This document shows, piece by piece, positions 39,461-47,686 of a DNA stretch of 47,686 nucleotides (position 1 is its first letter; the number at the start of each line of letters is the position of its first letter). The DNA is taken from the sequence record DRR723986_25809. One strand, written 5' to 3'. A program made the position numbers and the translations under genes. Below the pieces are notes generated by a model, which worked only from the letters and a program-made list of their open reading frames with translations, made no database searches and was not told where the DNA came from.

Positions 39461-40567
39461 TTAGGCTTTAATTGGCTCCATTTCAGGTTCATTACCCAAA
39501 ACATAGAGCATTTTGAAATGGTCCAACACAGCCATTAAAAAATGTGGTTTAGAATAATAGGGCACGTTAAATTCCTCTGCGGTAGCCTTTACTATTGGTG
39601 CTATCTCCTTGTAATGCACATGGCATATATCAGGAAATAGATGATGCTCAACTTGATAGTTCAATCCTCCAACAAACCAGAATAAGATCTTATTATTTGG
39701 AGCAAAATTACAGGTGGTAGCCAGTTGATGTAAAATTCTTTCGCCTTCTACTACCCCGTTGATGTCCGCCTTAGGGAAATCCACATCCTCTACAATATGT
39801 GCAATTTGGAACACCATTGTAATCACAAATCCTGTCACAAAATGCATCATGATAAATGCAAGAATGATCATTCCTGCCGAGAATGGCGAAAATATAATAG
39901 GTAATCCTATAACAACTGAGAAGTATGCAATCTTGAGGAATATCAACTTAACGATTCCCTTTTTATATGCCTTCTCTCCGCCTTTCACCAGGCCTCTATT
40001 GTAATATCGTGTAAATCTAATGAAGTCTTTAGCAGTCACCCATGAAAGGGTAGATAGCGAATAGAAGAACCATGCATAGAGATGTTGATATTTATGCAGC
40101 CCATTTTTCTCAGCATTAGGCGAAAACCTTAGAAAGAAAGGTGCATTGATATCGTCGTCATGCTCGTCTATGTTAGTAAAGCTATGATGAAGCACATTGT
40201 GTTGAAGATGCCAAACCATTGAGCTAGCTCCTACCATGTCCAGGGTGTAGCCGATCCAACTATTTATTTTTTTGTTTTTAGAATACGAGCCATGAATTGC
40301 ATCATGCATCACCCCCATGCCAACACCAGCCATTCCAAAAGCAGATAACAAATAGCAAGCAAATAATTGAGGTGTAGTGGTGGCAACACCCGTGATTACA
40401 AGAAAAATAGGAACGACATACAGAGAAAGAAGAATGATGGATTTAATAACCATCTCCATATTCCCGTATTTCGATTTGTTAGTGGACGTAAAATGTCCAT
40501 AAACTCTTTTCCTTAGTGTTTGGGAGAATTCAGATAATTCTGATTCTGAGAACCTTACTGTCTTAAT
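39461..40567 (-). CDS. Fatty acid (acyl-CoA) desaturase; true start uncertain, first in-frame ATG at 40459
   Basis: His boxes HDAIH, HNVLHH, QVEHHLFP. The frame stays open upstream and encodes family-like IKTVRFSE...FSQTLRKRV..HF...KYGN. Confidence 0.88.
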   Translation of the reverse strand: MKTVRFSESELSEFSQTLRKRVYGHFTSTNKSKYGNMEMVIKSIILLSLYVVPIFLVITGVATTTPQLFACYLLSAFGMAGVGMGVMHDAIHGSYSKNKKINSWIGYTLDMVGASSMVWHLQHNVLHHSFTNIDEHDDDINAPFFLRFSPNAEKNGLHKYQHLYAWFFYSLSTLSWVTAKDFIRFTRYYNRGLVKGGEKAYKKGIVKLIFLKIAYFSVVIGLPIIFSPFSAGMIILAFIMMHFVTGFVITMVFQIAHIVEDVDFPKADINGVVEGERILHQLATTCNFAPNNKILFWFVGGLNYQVEHHLFPDICHVHYKEIAPIVKATAEEFNVPYYSKPHFLMAVLDHFKMLYVLGNEPEMEPIKA

Positions 40568-40969
40568 GGCACTGAAATTAAATTGTAAATACTATTGTTT
40601 CCCTGTGGGATTTACTCTGCAAGTTTTAATTCGAAAAATGAAATCAATCATTTTGGAATTAAAAAAGTAGAAAGATGAAGAATTAAAACCTTGCGAGGGG
40701 AAACTCCTGAATTTGCTACTTAAGCAGGTTGATAATCAACGCATACTTTATTTCAAGTAAAAAGGATATCCGTGGACAGCGCCTTTATGCGTACAAAGGT
40801 GAGTAGAAGATTTCGCATATCCTAATAACACACAAATCTACACTCAATACTTTGACTTAAAATAACACTTATGTCGTTAAAAATCCAAAAATTTAATGCC
40901 AAATCTACTATTTTACCCATCTGAACGATGAATGATCAAATTCAGCTTCGATAGAGAATATACTTAAAT

Positions 40970-42316
40970 TTATTTCCACCTCCAGTTCACTATGCCATTT
41001 ATGTGAACCATTTGCACCTTATTATATGTCTGTCTGGGAGTTAGCACTTGATTACCAAGCGCTGCTTTATTCATTACTAGCAATTGAAAATCTAAGTTTG
41101 AAATAAATTTAGGAGCATATTTAACGCCCACATTAAGTTGCCGATAGGATGGCATATTGTATTTATTTTCAGCGGGTGCAGACAGAGGAGGCAGCCAATG
41201 AAATCCAAAATGAACAAATGGCCTTATTGTAGTATTGGGCAAAGTATATTCTACAAATGCCGTAAGGGCATCCAGTGAACTAAACCCCTCATTTCTTTCT
41301 CTGGGAATAAAAGTGTACCAAGCATCTTTACCCCACTCTCTCGGACTAAGCCAAATTCCTTCACCTCCGGTCTTAGTATAATTCAAATTTAAATTCCAAG
41401 CAGATTTTTTTAAGCCAAATCGAGTGGACAACGCCCAGTTTCTGTCATTTGGACTTTTATATTGAATAATCGGATCTGAATTCCCTCCATCACCTAAACC
41501 CGATTGGAACCCAGCCTGCACCCCCCAAAGCCAAGTGATCCCAGTTTTTTCATGCTTCCATCTCTTTTCGCCTTGTAGCCAGGTAGTGTTTGAAATATTT
41601 TGGACTATGGTGTGGGAAGCATTCAAGCTAAATGATCCCCATTCCTTAGCTACTTCAGCAATCCCAATCCAATCACTTGATGTATTTTCTGCATAAAGCG
41701 ATGCTTGTCCATTTGCATTTCTACCCACCGGAAAAACTCCAATACTTTCGCCGACAGAAAGCCACTCACTTGTTCCACGTACACTCATCTTACTTATTCC
41801 CCAAGCAGAAAGCTTCCATTTATTTTCTGTCGAAAACCAAACATTCGCACCTTCAATCCCCGTAGGAGAAAGTCTGCCGTCTTGCCCATTTATCCAATCC
41901 GCTTCGATTGCCATCCTGCCTAAAGTTATTCCCCAATAGGCACTTGAGTAGCCAAAAGACAGCTTCTCTAGTTTACCGAAAAATCGATCATTTGGATTTA
42001 ACAAATCAAATAAGCCAACTTCATATCGATTCGATCCGCCACTGACTGGATCAGAAGCTGTAAGGTCGCTGCTCCATAGATTTGCAAAGACCCTGTAGCC
42101 GATCAGAAACTCCCAGTGATTAGAGTATTCAAGTTTTGTTCCAAGACTCAAACTTGAACCTAGCGCATAATCATCCTTAAACTCCCCCGAATTTGAAGTA
42201 TTCATCCAGAACAATCTAAAATGAACATCAGGATTCACAACTAGCTTTCTCTCAGGCTGCTGAGCTATAATTAGAAATGGGACAAAGAAGAGAAACCCAA
42301 ATAGGAATTTTCTCAT
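40970..42316 (-). CDS. Outer membrane beta-barrel protein (OprD-like porin candidate)
   Basis: Signal peptide, amphipathic Trp/Gly-rich strands, INGQDGR motif, terminal VNWRWK; ATGA overlap with the cytochrome gene. Confidence 0.7.
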   Translation of the reverse strand: MRKFLFGFLFFVPFLIIAQQPERKLVVNPDVHFRLFWMNTSNSGEFKDDYALGSSLSLGTKLEYSNHWEFLIGYRVFANLWSSDLTASDPVSGGSNRYEVGLFDLLNPNDRFFGKLEKLSFGYSSAYWGITLGRMAIEADWINGQDGRLSPTGIEGANVWFSTENKWKLSAWGISKMSVRGTSEWLSVGESIGVFPVGRNANGQASLYAENTSSDWIGIAEVAKEWGSFSLNASHTIVQNISNTTWLQGEKRWKHEKTGITWLWGVQAGFQSGLGDGGNSDPIIQYKSPNDRNWALSTRFGLKKSAWNLNLNYTKTGGEGIWLSPREWGKDAWYTFIPRERNEGFSSLDALTAFVEYTLPNTTIRPFVHFGFHWLPPLSAPAENKYNMPSYRQLNVGVKYAPKFISNLDFQLLVMNKAALGNQVLTPRQTYNKVQMVHINGIVNWRWK

Positions 42317-43359
42317 TGTTTCGCTTCAACTTTTATTGCTTGAAATGGACCAAACTTGTGTTGTTCTTCTGAGAATTCATCAGCATATGGACCAAAAGGA
42401 TGATCTATAGGTTTCTTGGAAATGTCAGGCCAATCATTCGGAAAATCCCTCTTTGGTCTATCTAAGCTATTTACATAGGCTGCAACATCCCACGCTTCCT
42501 CATCTGTAAGCATTGGGTTTTCATAGGTTGCGCCAAAAGGCATATTTGCTTTTACGTAGCCTGCAAATCTTGACATACGAAACAACCCTGCGCCTTGATT
42601 ATAACTATGCTCTCCCCAAAGAGGCGGGTAAATATAACCGCTACTATCAGGCTTAATCACACCCTGACCATCAGTCATATGACAGGTCACGCATTGTCTC
42701 TCGTAAATAGTTTTTCCTTTAACAGGATCAGCGGCTCTATCAAGAAAAGGTAATTCATAGATACCTGCTCCCTTAGGCTTTTCTCCTTTTGGGACATCTT
42801 TACCAAGCCAATCCATGTACGCTACGATAGCTATCATTTCTTTACTATCATTGGGTAAAGCTTCCCCATTCAAGCTTCGCTGAAAACACCCATTGATTCT
42901 CAACTGGATGTCCTCAGATTTCCCTGACCTGCCTCTCACTTTTGGATACGTGCTTTTGGCAGCTGAATAATTATTTCCCAATGGCACAGTGCCGGCCTGC
43001 AAATGGCAATTCTGGCAGTTTAATCCATTTGAAATCTTTCGAACCTTGCCATTTGGCCCTAGATATTCAGCCGTATTGGCTATCAATTCCCTTCCATACT
43101 TAATATCTTCAGCATTGGGCGCTGAATCTACTGTGCCCCAATCAGGAGCCACCCACATCCCCACCGGATCCATTAAGGCCGTAGGCTTGTGTTCTGCTAA
43201 AGCTGGTAAAGCCTCGGAAACTTGCATCTGAGTGGGTTGTAAACCAACATGATCAAAATACAAAAGTCCTGCAACTAGCCCAACGAGTAGCACTACAGTC
43301 ACTAATAGGCCTGCGATTAGGGGGAAGAGTTTTACTAAAGGTCTGGATGTCTGATTCAT
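42313..43359 (-). CDS. tsdA: Diheme c-type cytochrome, thiosulfate dehydrogenase TsdA-like
   Basis: CQNCH and CVTCH; RINGCFQRSLNG containing the Cys ligand; PPLWG..SYN.GAG; KANMP; N-terminal TM anchor. Confidence 0.82.
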   Translation of the reverse strand: MNQTSRPLVKLFPLIAGLLVTVVLLVGLVAGLLYFDHVGLQPTQMQVSEALPALAEHKPTALMDPVGMWVAPDWGTVDSAPNAEDIKYGRELIANTAEYLGPNGKVRKISNGLNCQNCHLQAGTVPLGNNYSAAKSTYPKVRGRSGKSEDIQLRINGCFQRSLNGEALPNDSKEMIAIVAYMDWLGKDVPKGEKPKGAGIYELPFLDRAADPVKGKTIYERQCVTCHMTDGQGVIKPDSSGYIYPPLWGEHSYNQGAGLFRMSRFAGYVKANMPFGATYENPMLTDEEAWDVAAYVNSLDRPKRDFPNDWPDISKKPIDHPFGPYADEFSEEQHKFGPFQAIKVEAKQ

Positions 43360-43406
43360 AGTTAAGTGATCAAGCTACAAAAATGCAGGTATTGATCCAC
43401 GAAGCA

Positions 43407-43422
43407 TGTGACGAAGATCACC
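43407..43422. promoter_or_regulatory. CRP/FNR-family box candidate upstream of tsdA
   Basis: TGTGA-CGAAGA-TCACC (9/10 to TGTGA-N6-TCACA), upstream of a -7-like CATTTTTG at 43378-43385 on the minus strand. Confidence 0.5.
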
Positions 43423-43466
43423 TTGGCCGTCAAAAAAACAATAATTCCATCTCAAAATCAGGATTC

Positions 43467-44183
43467 CTATTTGGCTTCAGCCAAAAATACCTGCTTATCC
43501 CCCACAGTCCCGAGTACCATAAAATGATTCAGGTATTTATACAAATGGATATCCAACTCGTCTCCCAACACACATTCCGCTAGGTAGTTGATCAAAAATG
43601 GAAGCGTTTGACACCCATTTTCCCTGAGGATATTTTCAACCCATTGCACATAGCTAGTGTTATTCACGTGATTGTTCAGGTCAAGATCAGAGTGCCTTAC
43701 CTTTAACTTCTCAGATTTAAGTAATTCTCCTTTTAATCTGATTTTTTCAGGCTGCCAAGCTGGCTTCTCTTTAGGGTCAAAAAGCTCCGCAGGCAATGCA
43801 TTTTCTGGTCTAAAAATCCGTTTTGTTACCACATTCATCAAAACCCAGGAACTCATCGCCTGGGCAAGGACTAGTCCATCAGGATTGGTGATTAAAAATT
43901 CACGAAAAGCAAAAAGTTTATCAACTCCCCTTCCAGCAGTATAAACCTTAATAGAATCCCCCCAAGAGGGTAAATTTTCACATTTTATCTCTATTCTGGA
44001 CAGAATCCAAGACAGATTCTGCTCCTGCAAATTCCTTCCAAAATCAGCTGAATCCGCATGCCGCCATGCTATTTCCTGAAACAAATTGGATAATGCAGTC
44101 AAGCTCAGCTTCCCATCTGGATCAACCTGATACGAACGGACTTCAAAATCTTTTTGAAACTGAAAGAGAGGGTTTAAACTCAT
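43467..44183 (-). CDS. Acyl-[acyl-carrier-protein] thioesterase
   Basis: VRSYQVD, FQEIA..HA, WILSR, DLDLNNHVNNTSY double hot-dog motifs. Confidence 0.9.
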   Translation of the reverse strand: MSLNPLFQFQKDFEVRSYQVDPDGKLSLTALSNLFQEIAWRHADSADFGRNLQEQNLSWILSRIEIKCENLPSWGDSIKVYTAGRGVDKLFAFREFLITNPDGLVLAQAMSSWVLMNVVTKRIFRPENALPAELFDPKEKPAWQPEKIRLKGELLKSEKLKVRHSDLDLNNHVNNTSYVQWVENILRENGCQTLPFLINYLAECVLGDELDIHLYKYLNHFMVLGTVGDKQVFLAEAK

Positions 44184-45355
44184 TTAGTTTGACTTGGGGA
44201 GGGTTTTACAGGAATAAGGAAAACAGCTTTTCTGATACTTGAAAGTACGGTAATCCCCAATCCTGCCACAGCAATTAATGCAAAAGAAACTTTCAAATTA
44301 AATAATTCAGCGATAAAACCAATCATCGGTGGCCCTAGCAAAAATCCAAAAAATGAAATTGTGGACACCAAAGCCAATGCGACGCTAGGAGTATACAATT
44401 TAGATCTTCCAGCGATACTATAGGATAACGGAATAATGGATGCTACACCCAGCCCAACCAGTAAAAAGCCGGCAGTAGCCATAATGACTGTTGGGAAAAT
44501 CACAGCTAAACTTAGACCTATGAATATTAAAACCCCACTTACTTGGATTACTTCAACCTTGGTATATCTAGCAGCGACCTTATCTGTAATAAACCTACCA
44601 GCCGCCATGGTGCCCATAAATGCGACGTAACCAAGTGCGATCAACGATGGATCAGATTGAATGACTTTTTTGAAGTAAACACCGGACCAGTCGAACATAC
44701 AACCCTCAGCCATCATTCCCAGAAAAGCAATCAAGCTGATTCTCATCAATAGCGCATCTGGTTTTTTTAGAACCAATCCTCCACCACCCTCGGAGACTTT
44801 TCTATCTTTAATGATATAGCGCTGGGCAGAAAGGATGATGGTAATAGAAATAACCATCACTACTCCATAATGCTGTGCGGGCGACAAGCCTAAAAATATC
44901 ATCAAAGCTCCTAAACCCGCTCCTGAGAACCCTGCCAAGCTCCATAAACCATGAAAGGATGCCAGAATACTTTTACCCATCTCATCCTCTAACCCTAAAG
45001 CCTGAGTATTCAACGAGATATTCATCACATTCCCAAGCATGCCATACAAAATAAGGACTGGAATTAGCAACCAAGTGGTCGGCGCCAAACCTATCAAAGG
45101 CAGGGTAAAAGCATACGCAAAAGCCCCAAACATAACCACAGCTCGACTTCCAAACTGATGAACGGCCCAACCAGCAATAGGTAATCCAATAACCGAACCC
45201 AGCGGTAAAAACAACAATAAGGTACCTAACTGTCCTTCTGAGAGATCAAACTTGGCTTGAATATCTGGAATCCTCGCTGCCCAAGAGGCAAAACAAAGAC
45301 CTACGAAAAAGAAAAATGCCCCTAGGGCAACTCGTCTTTTGGAAAGTGTGTTCAT
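44180..45355 (-). CDS. MFS transporter
   Basis: About 12 hydrophobic segments, ASWAARIP, SFHGLWSL, EGCMFDWS, GRFITD, GPPMIG. Confidence 0.92.
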   Translation of the reverse strand: MNTLSKRRVALGAFFFFVGLCFASWAARIPDIQAKFDLSEGQLGTLLLFLPLGSVIGLPIAGWAVHQFGSRAVVMFGAFAYAFTLPLIGLAPTTWLLIPVLILYGMLGNVMNISLNTQALGLEDEMGKSILASFHGLWSLAGFSGAGLGALMIFLGLSPAQHYGVVMVISITIILSAQRYIIKDRKVSEGGGGLVLKKPDALLMRISLIAFLGMMAEGCMFDWSGVYFKKVIQSDPSLIALGYVAFMGTMAAGRFITDKVAARYTKVEVIQVSGVLIFIGLSLAVIFPTVIMATAGFLLVGLGVASIIPLSYSIAGRSKLYTPSVALALVSTISFFGFLLGPPMIGFIAELFNLKVSFALIAVAGLGITVLSSIRKAVFLIPVKPSPSQTK

Positions 45356-45381
45356 CTAAATAGCTAGGTTTAAGAGGCTCA

Positions 45382-45389
45382 CAAAAGTA
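45382..45389 (-). promoter_or_regulatory. -7 promoter element for the MFS-thioesterase pair
   Basis: TACTTTTG matches TAnnTTTG, 26 bp upstream of the ATG. Confidence 0.6.
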
Positions 45390-45477
45390 CAGAACATTCT
45401 ACCAAAAACATGGTCCATTCAGAACATTGCCACTACAAACTAGTTATCAAAGCCGAACTCACCTAATCAGAAATCTC

Positions 45478-45558
45478 ATGGAATTGGTCATAGCAGGAGC
45501 CGTAATCGTTACCGCCATTTTTATTGTGCGTTTTATTATCAAAAAAGTTTTTGACTAA
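45478..45558 (+). CDS. Putative 26-aa single-pass membrane microprotein
   Basis: MELVIAGAVIVTAIFIVRFIIKKVFD: hydrophobic helix then basic residues; intergenic, stop abuts a terminator hairpin. Confidence 0.5.
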   Translation: MELVIAGAVIVTAIFIVRFIIKKVFD

Positions 45559-45586
45559 AAAAACCACTTCCTTTCCAGAAAGTGGT
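45557..45586 (-). terminator. Intrinsic terminator after the YeeE/YedE pair, possibly bidirectional
   Basis: ACCACTT...AAGTGGT stem with a U-run on the minus strand. Confidence 0.72.
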
Positions 45587-45618
45587 CTTCAAATCGCTTT
45601 TTTTTGATTGTGCAGTTG

Positions 45619-46104
45619 CTAGTTAGGGAGCTTATGGGAAAATTTACCATATACCCAAGTGCCCGCAATGGCGGAAAGTAAAGTCACCAAAACCACTGTA
45701 AAACCAGATCCAATCTGTGCGAAAAGCGGACCTGGACAAGCTCCAGTAATTGCCCAGCCTAATCCGAAAATAAATCCTCCGTAAATCTGCCCCTTGCGAA
45801 ATTCTTTAGTTGGAATCTTGATTTCCTCTCCGGAAATAGATTTGATTTTCAGGCGCTTAATCAACTGAATGGAAATAATCCCGGTGACTATCGCCGAGCC
45901 TATCACACCATACATGTGAAATGAATCCAATCGAAACATTTCCTGTATTCTAAACCAAGAGATGATCTCGGCCTTCACAAACACGATTCCGAACATCACT
46001 CCTAGAATCAAATATTTCAACAGTGCTAAACCTCTTTCTCCAGTCTCTTGTGAATTTGGTGCATCACAAGCCACTTCCTTTATATTTTTCTCTGCTAGTA
46101 ACAT
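45619..46104 (-). CDS. YeeE/YedE family sulfur-compound transporter subunit (DUF6691-like)
   Basis: SWFRIQEMF, HMYGVIGSA, GGFIFGLGWAITGACPGP; ATG 46104 avoids overlap with the upstream gene. Confidence 0.9.
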   Translation of the reverse strand: MLLAEKNIKEVACDAPNSQETGERGLALLKYLILGVMFGIVFVKAEIISWFRIQEMFRLDSFHMYGVIGSAIVTGIISIQLIKRLKIKSISGEEIKIPTKEFRKGQIYGGFIFGLGWAITGACPGPLFAQIGSGFTVVLVTLLSAIAGTWVYGKFSHKLPN

Positions 46105-46115
46105 GTCTTTTTTGA

Positions 46116-46697
46116 TTAAAATCCTGCCAATTTCATTAATGGCCCAATGAACACCTGAGTCATCAGAAAGCCTCCAGCCATAAAGAAAATGGTGGCTACC
46201 AGCGATGGCCATTGAAGTGAACTAATACCCATAATTGCATGGCCGGATGTACATCCACCTGCGTACCGGGTCCCAAACCCTACTAAAAACCCTCCTAACA
46301 CGAAGAATATCAACCCTTTTGCAGTAAATATATTTTCCCAAGTGAAAATATCAGAGGGCATTAAGCCAGAGAAATCAGTAATTCCTAGCGCAGTCAAATC
46401 TGCTTTTGTCTGAGTTGCAATTACAATTTCTTCGGGATTTGAAAAGAAAGTAGTGGCCACAAAGCCGCCTATCATGACGCCTAGGACAAAGACCAAATTC
46501 CATGTCTCTTTTTTCCAATTGTATTGAAAGAATGGAATCTTGGCAGGTACACAGATAGCACACACATGCCGTAGTGAGGAAGATATCCCAAAGCTTTTAT
46601 TTCCCAAAATGAGAAGCGCAGGTACGGTAAGGCCTATCAGCGGTCCAGCCACATACCATGGCCAAGGCTGAGAAACCCAGTCTATAAATTGATTCAT
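46116..46697 (-). CDS. YeeE/YedE family sulfur-compound transporter subunit
   Basis: [36 protein letters not shown]. Confidence 0.92.
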   Translation of the reverse strand: MNQFIDWVSQPWPWYVAGPLIGLTVPALLILGNKSFGISSSLRHVCAICVPAKIPFFQYNWKKETWNLVFVLGVMIGGFVATTFFSNPEEIVIATQTKADLTALGITDFSGLMPSDIFTWENIFTAKGLIFFVLGGFLVGFGTRYAGGCTSGHAIMGISSLQWPSLVATIFFMAGGFLMTQVFIGPLMKLAGF

Positions 46698-46751
46698 TAG
46701 AATATTAATTGGGTGATATAATTCCAAGCTGTTAGTCAGCTGGAAAAATCC

Positions 46752-46784
46752 ACCTAGTGATCTATGTCTCTCAGATCACTAGGT
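46752..46784. repeat. Perfect 12-bp inverted repeat inside the sulfur operon
   Basis: ACCTAGTGATCT-N9-AGATCACTAGGT. Confidence 0.7.
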
Positions 46785-46825
46785 CGATACTTTTGACTAT
46801 TTAATCGTGACTCTTTACTTACCGG

Positions 46826-47686
46826 TTACAGCAAAGTAGTTGGACATACATATTCAGTCACATCAATCTTTTCAGAATCTTTGATAGCCTTAAATCCACC
46901 ATCAACATCAATTAGGTTGTCATAGCCTCTTGCTCTTAAGATGGAATTGAAAACCATAGATCGATATCCTCCTGCGCAATGCACGTAGTACGTTTTATCT
47001 TTATTGATTTTCAGCATACTATCATTGATATAATCAAGAGGAGCATTTTCCGCATTTACAACATGCTCTGAAAGGAACTCGCTATTCTTTCTCACATCTA
47101 AAATATTGATTTCAGCATTTTCTGCCTTTCTTTTCGCAAGTTCTTCAGCACTTATTGACTCTATTCGATCGATTTCATGACCTGATTTTTCCCAAGCTTC
47201 AATGCCACCATTCAAATATCCGATCGCATAATCATATCCCACACGAGCCAATCTTGTAATCACCTCTTCTTCTCTTCCTTCATCAGCAACTACCAATATT
47301 TCTTGTTTCAAATCTGGTATCATCGCTCCTACCCAAACGGCAAAGCTTCCGTCAATTCCAATATTTACTGAATTAGGGACAAATCCCTTGGCAAATACCT
47401 GAGGAGCTCTAGTATCTAGTATTAATGCTCCAGTCTCATTTGCAGCAGCTTCAAATTCTGAAGGGGTCAAAGGTCTCACACCTCTTTCTAAAACTGCATC
47501 AATGCTGTCATAACCCTCAATATTCATCATTACGTTTTGCGGGAAGTAAGCAGGAGGAGGTGTTAGCCCAGTTATCAATTCTTTGATAAAGTCCTCTTTG
47601 CTCATATCCTGAAGCGCATAATTGGTTTTCTTCTGGTTACCTAAAGTATCTGAGGTTTCCTTGCTCATATTTTTACCACAAGCAGA
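46826..47686 (-). CDS. MBL-fold persulfide dioxygenase-rhodanese fusion protein (5' part outside window)
   Basis: Frame open to the window edge (SACGKNMSKET), PPPAYF, two rhodanese domains (LDTR...; LDVR...HCAGGYRS). Confidence 0.9.
   Translation of the reverse strand, partial: SACGKNMSKETSDTLGNQKKTNYALQDMSKEDFIKELITGLTPPPAYFPQNVMMNIEGYDSIDAVLERGVRPLTPSEFEAAANETGALILDTRAPQVFAKGFVPNSVNIGIDGSFAVWVGAMIPDLKQEILVVADEGREEEVITRLARVGYDYAIGYLNGGIEAWEKSGHEIDRIESISAEELAKRKAENAEINILDVRKNSEFLSEHVVNAENAPLDYINDSMLKINKDKTYYVHCAGGYRSMVFNSILRARGYDNLIDVDGGFKAIKDSEKIDVTEYVCPTTLL

Noticed and set aside
176-46563. Many 60-140 aa ORFs in the track that are antisense to or overlap long genes (e.g. 176-430, 9188-9601, 18522-18944, 20007-20369, 30529-30843)
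   Set aside because: They lie within or across well-supported genes and show no recognisable motifs; treated as shadow ORFs.
1-47686. CRISPR array, IS element, prophage or defence system
   Set aside because: No regularly spaced 25-45 bp repeats and no transposase, integrase, phage or nuclease motifs recognised by eye.

Overview
Chromosomal core/accessory region of a Bacteroidota bacterium. The AT-rich intergenic DNA, TAnnTTTG-type promoters, SusC/SusD pair and T9SS substrates fit Cytophagales, probably Cyclobacteriaceae/Algoriphagus-like (inference). In order: 3' end of a tRNA-Leu, tig-clpP-clpX, lpxB, a stop-interrupted four-helix-bundle (IVS-like) gene bracketed by inverted heptamer repeats, a PTPS/QueD-family gene, a CAZyme-free susC-susD-lipoprotein-S8 protease locus, an OmpA/PD40 protein, queE, GNAT, leuS, GT4 plus FkbM, a type-B T9SS substrate, a dipeptidase-VIT1-DUF5995-like operon, several envelope and hypothetical genes, lipoprotein MsrAB, D-lactate dehydrogenase, a cold-adaptation operon (desaturase, DEAD-box helicase, Lys-rich protein, Csp) and a sulfur cluster (MBL-rhodanese, two YeeE/YedE, TsdA-like cytochrome, porin). 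No transposase, integrase, phage, rRNA or CRISPR array is visible. Best unannotated signals: a candidate preQ1-I riboswitch abutting the queE start codon; a promoter- and terminator-bounded orphan sRNA of about 110 nt; the repeat-bracketed four-helix-bundle cassette; a desaturase with no canonical in-frame start behind a structured leader; and a 26-aa membrane microprotein. All family assignments come from motif recognition; no database searches were run.
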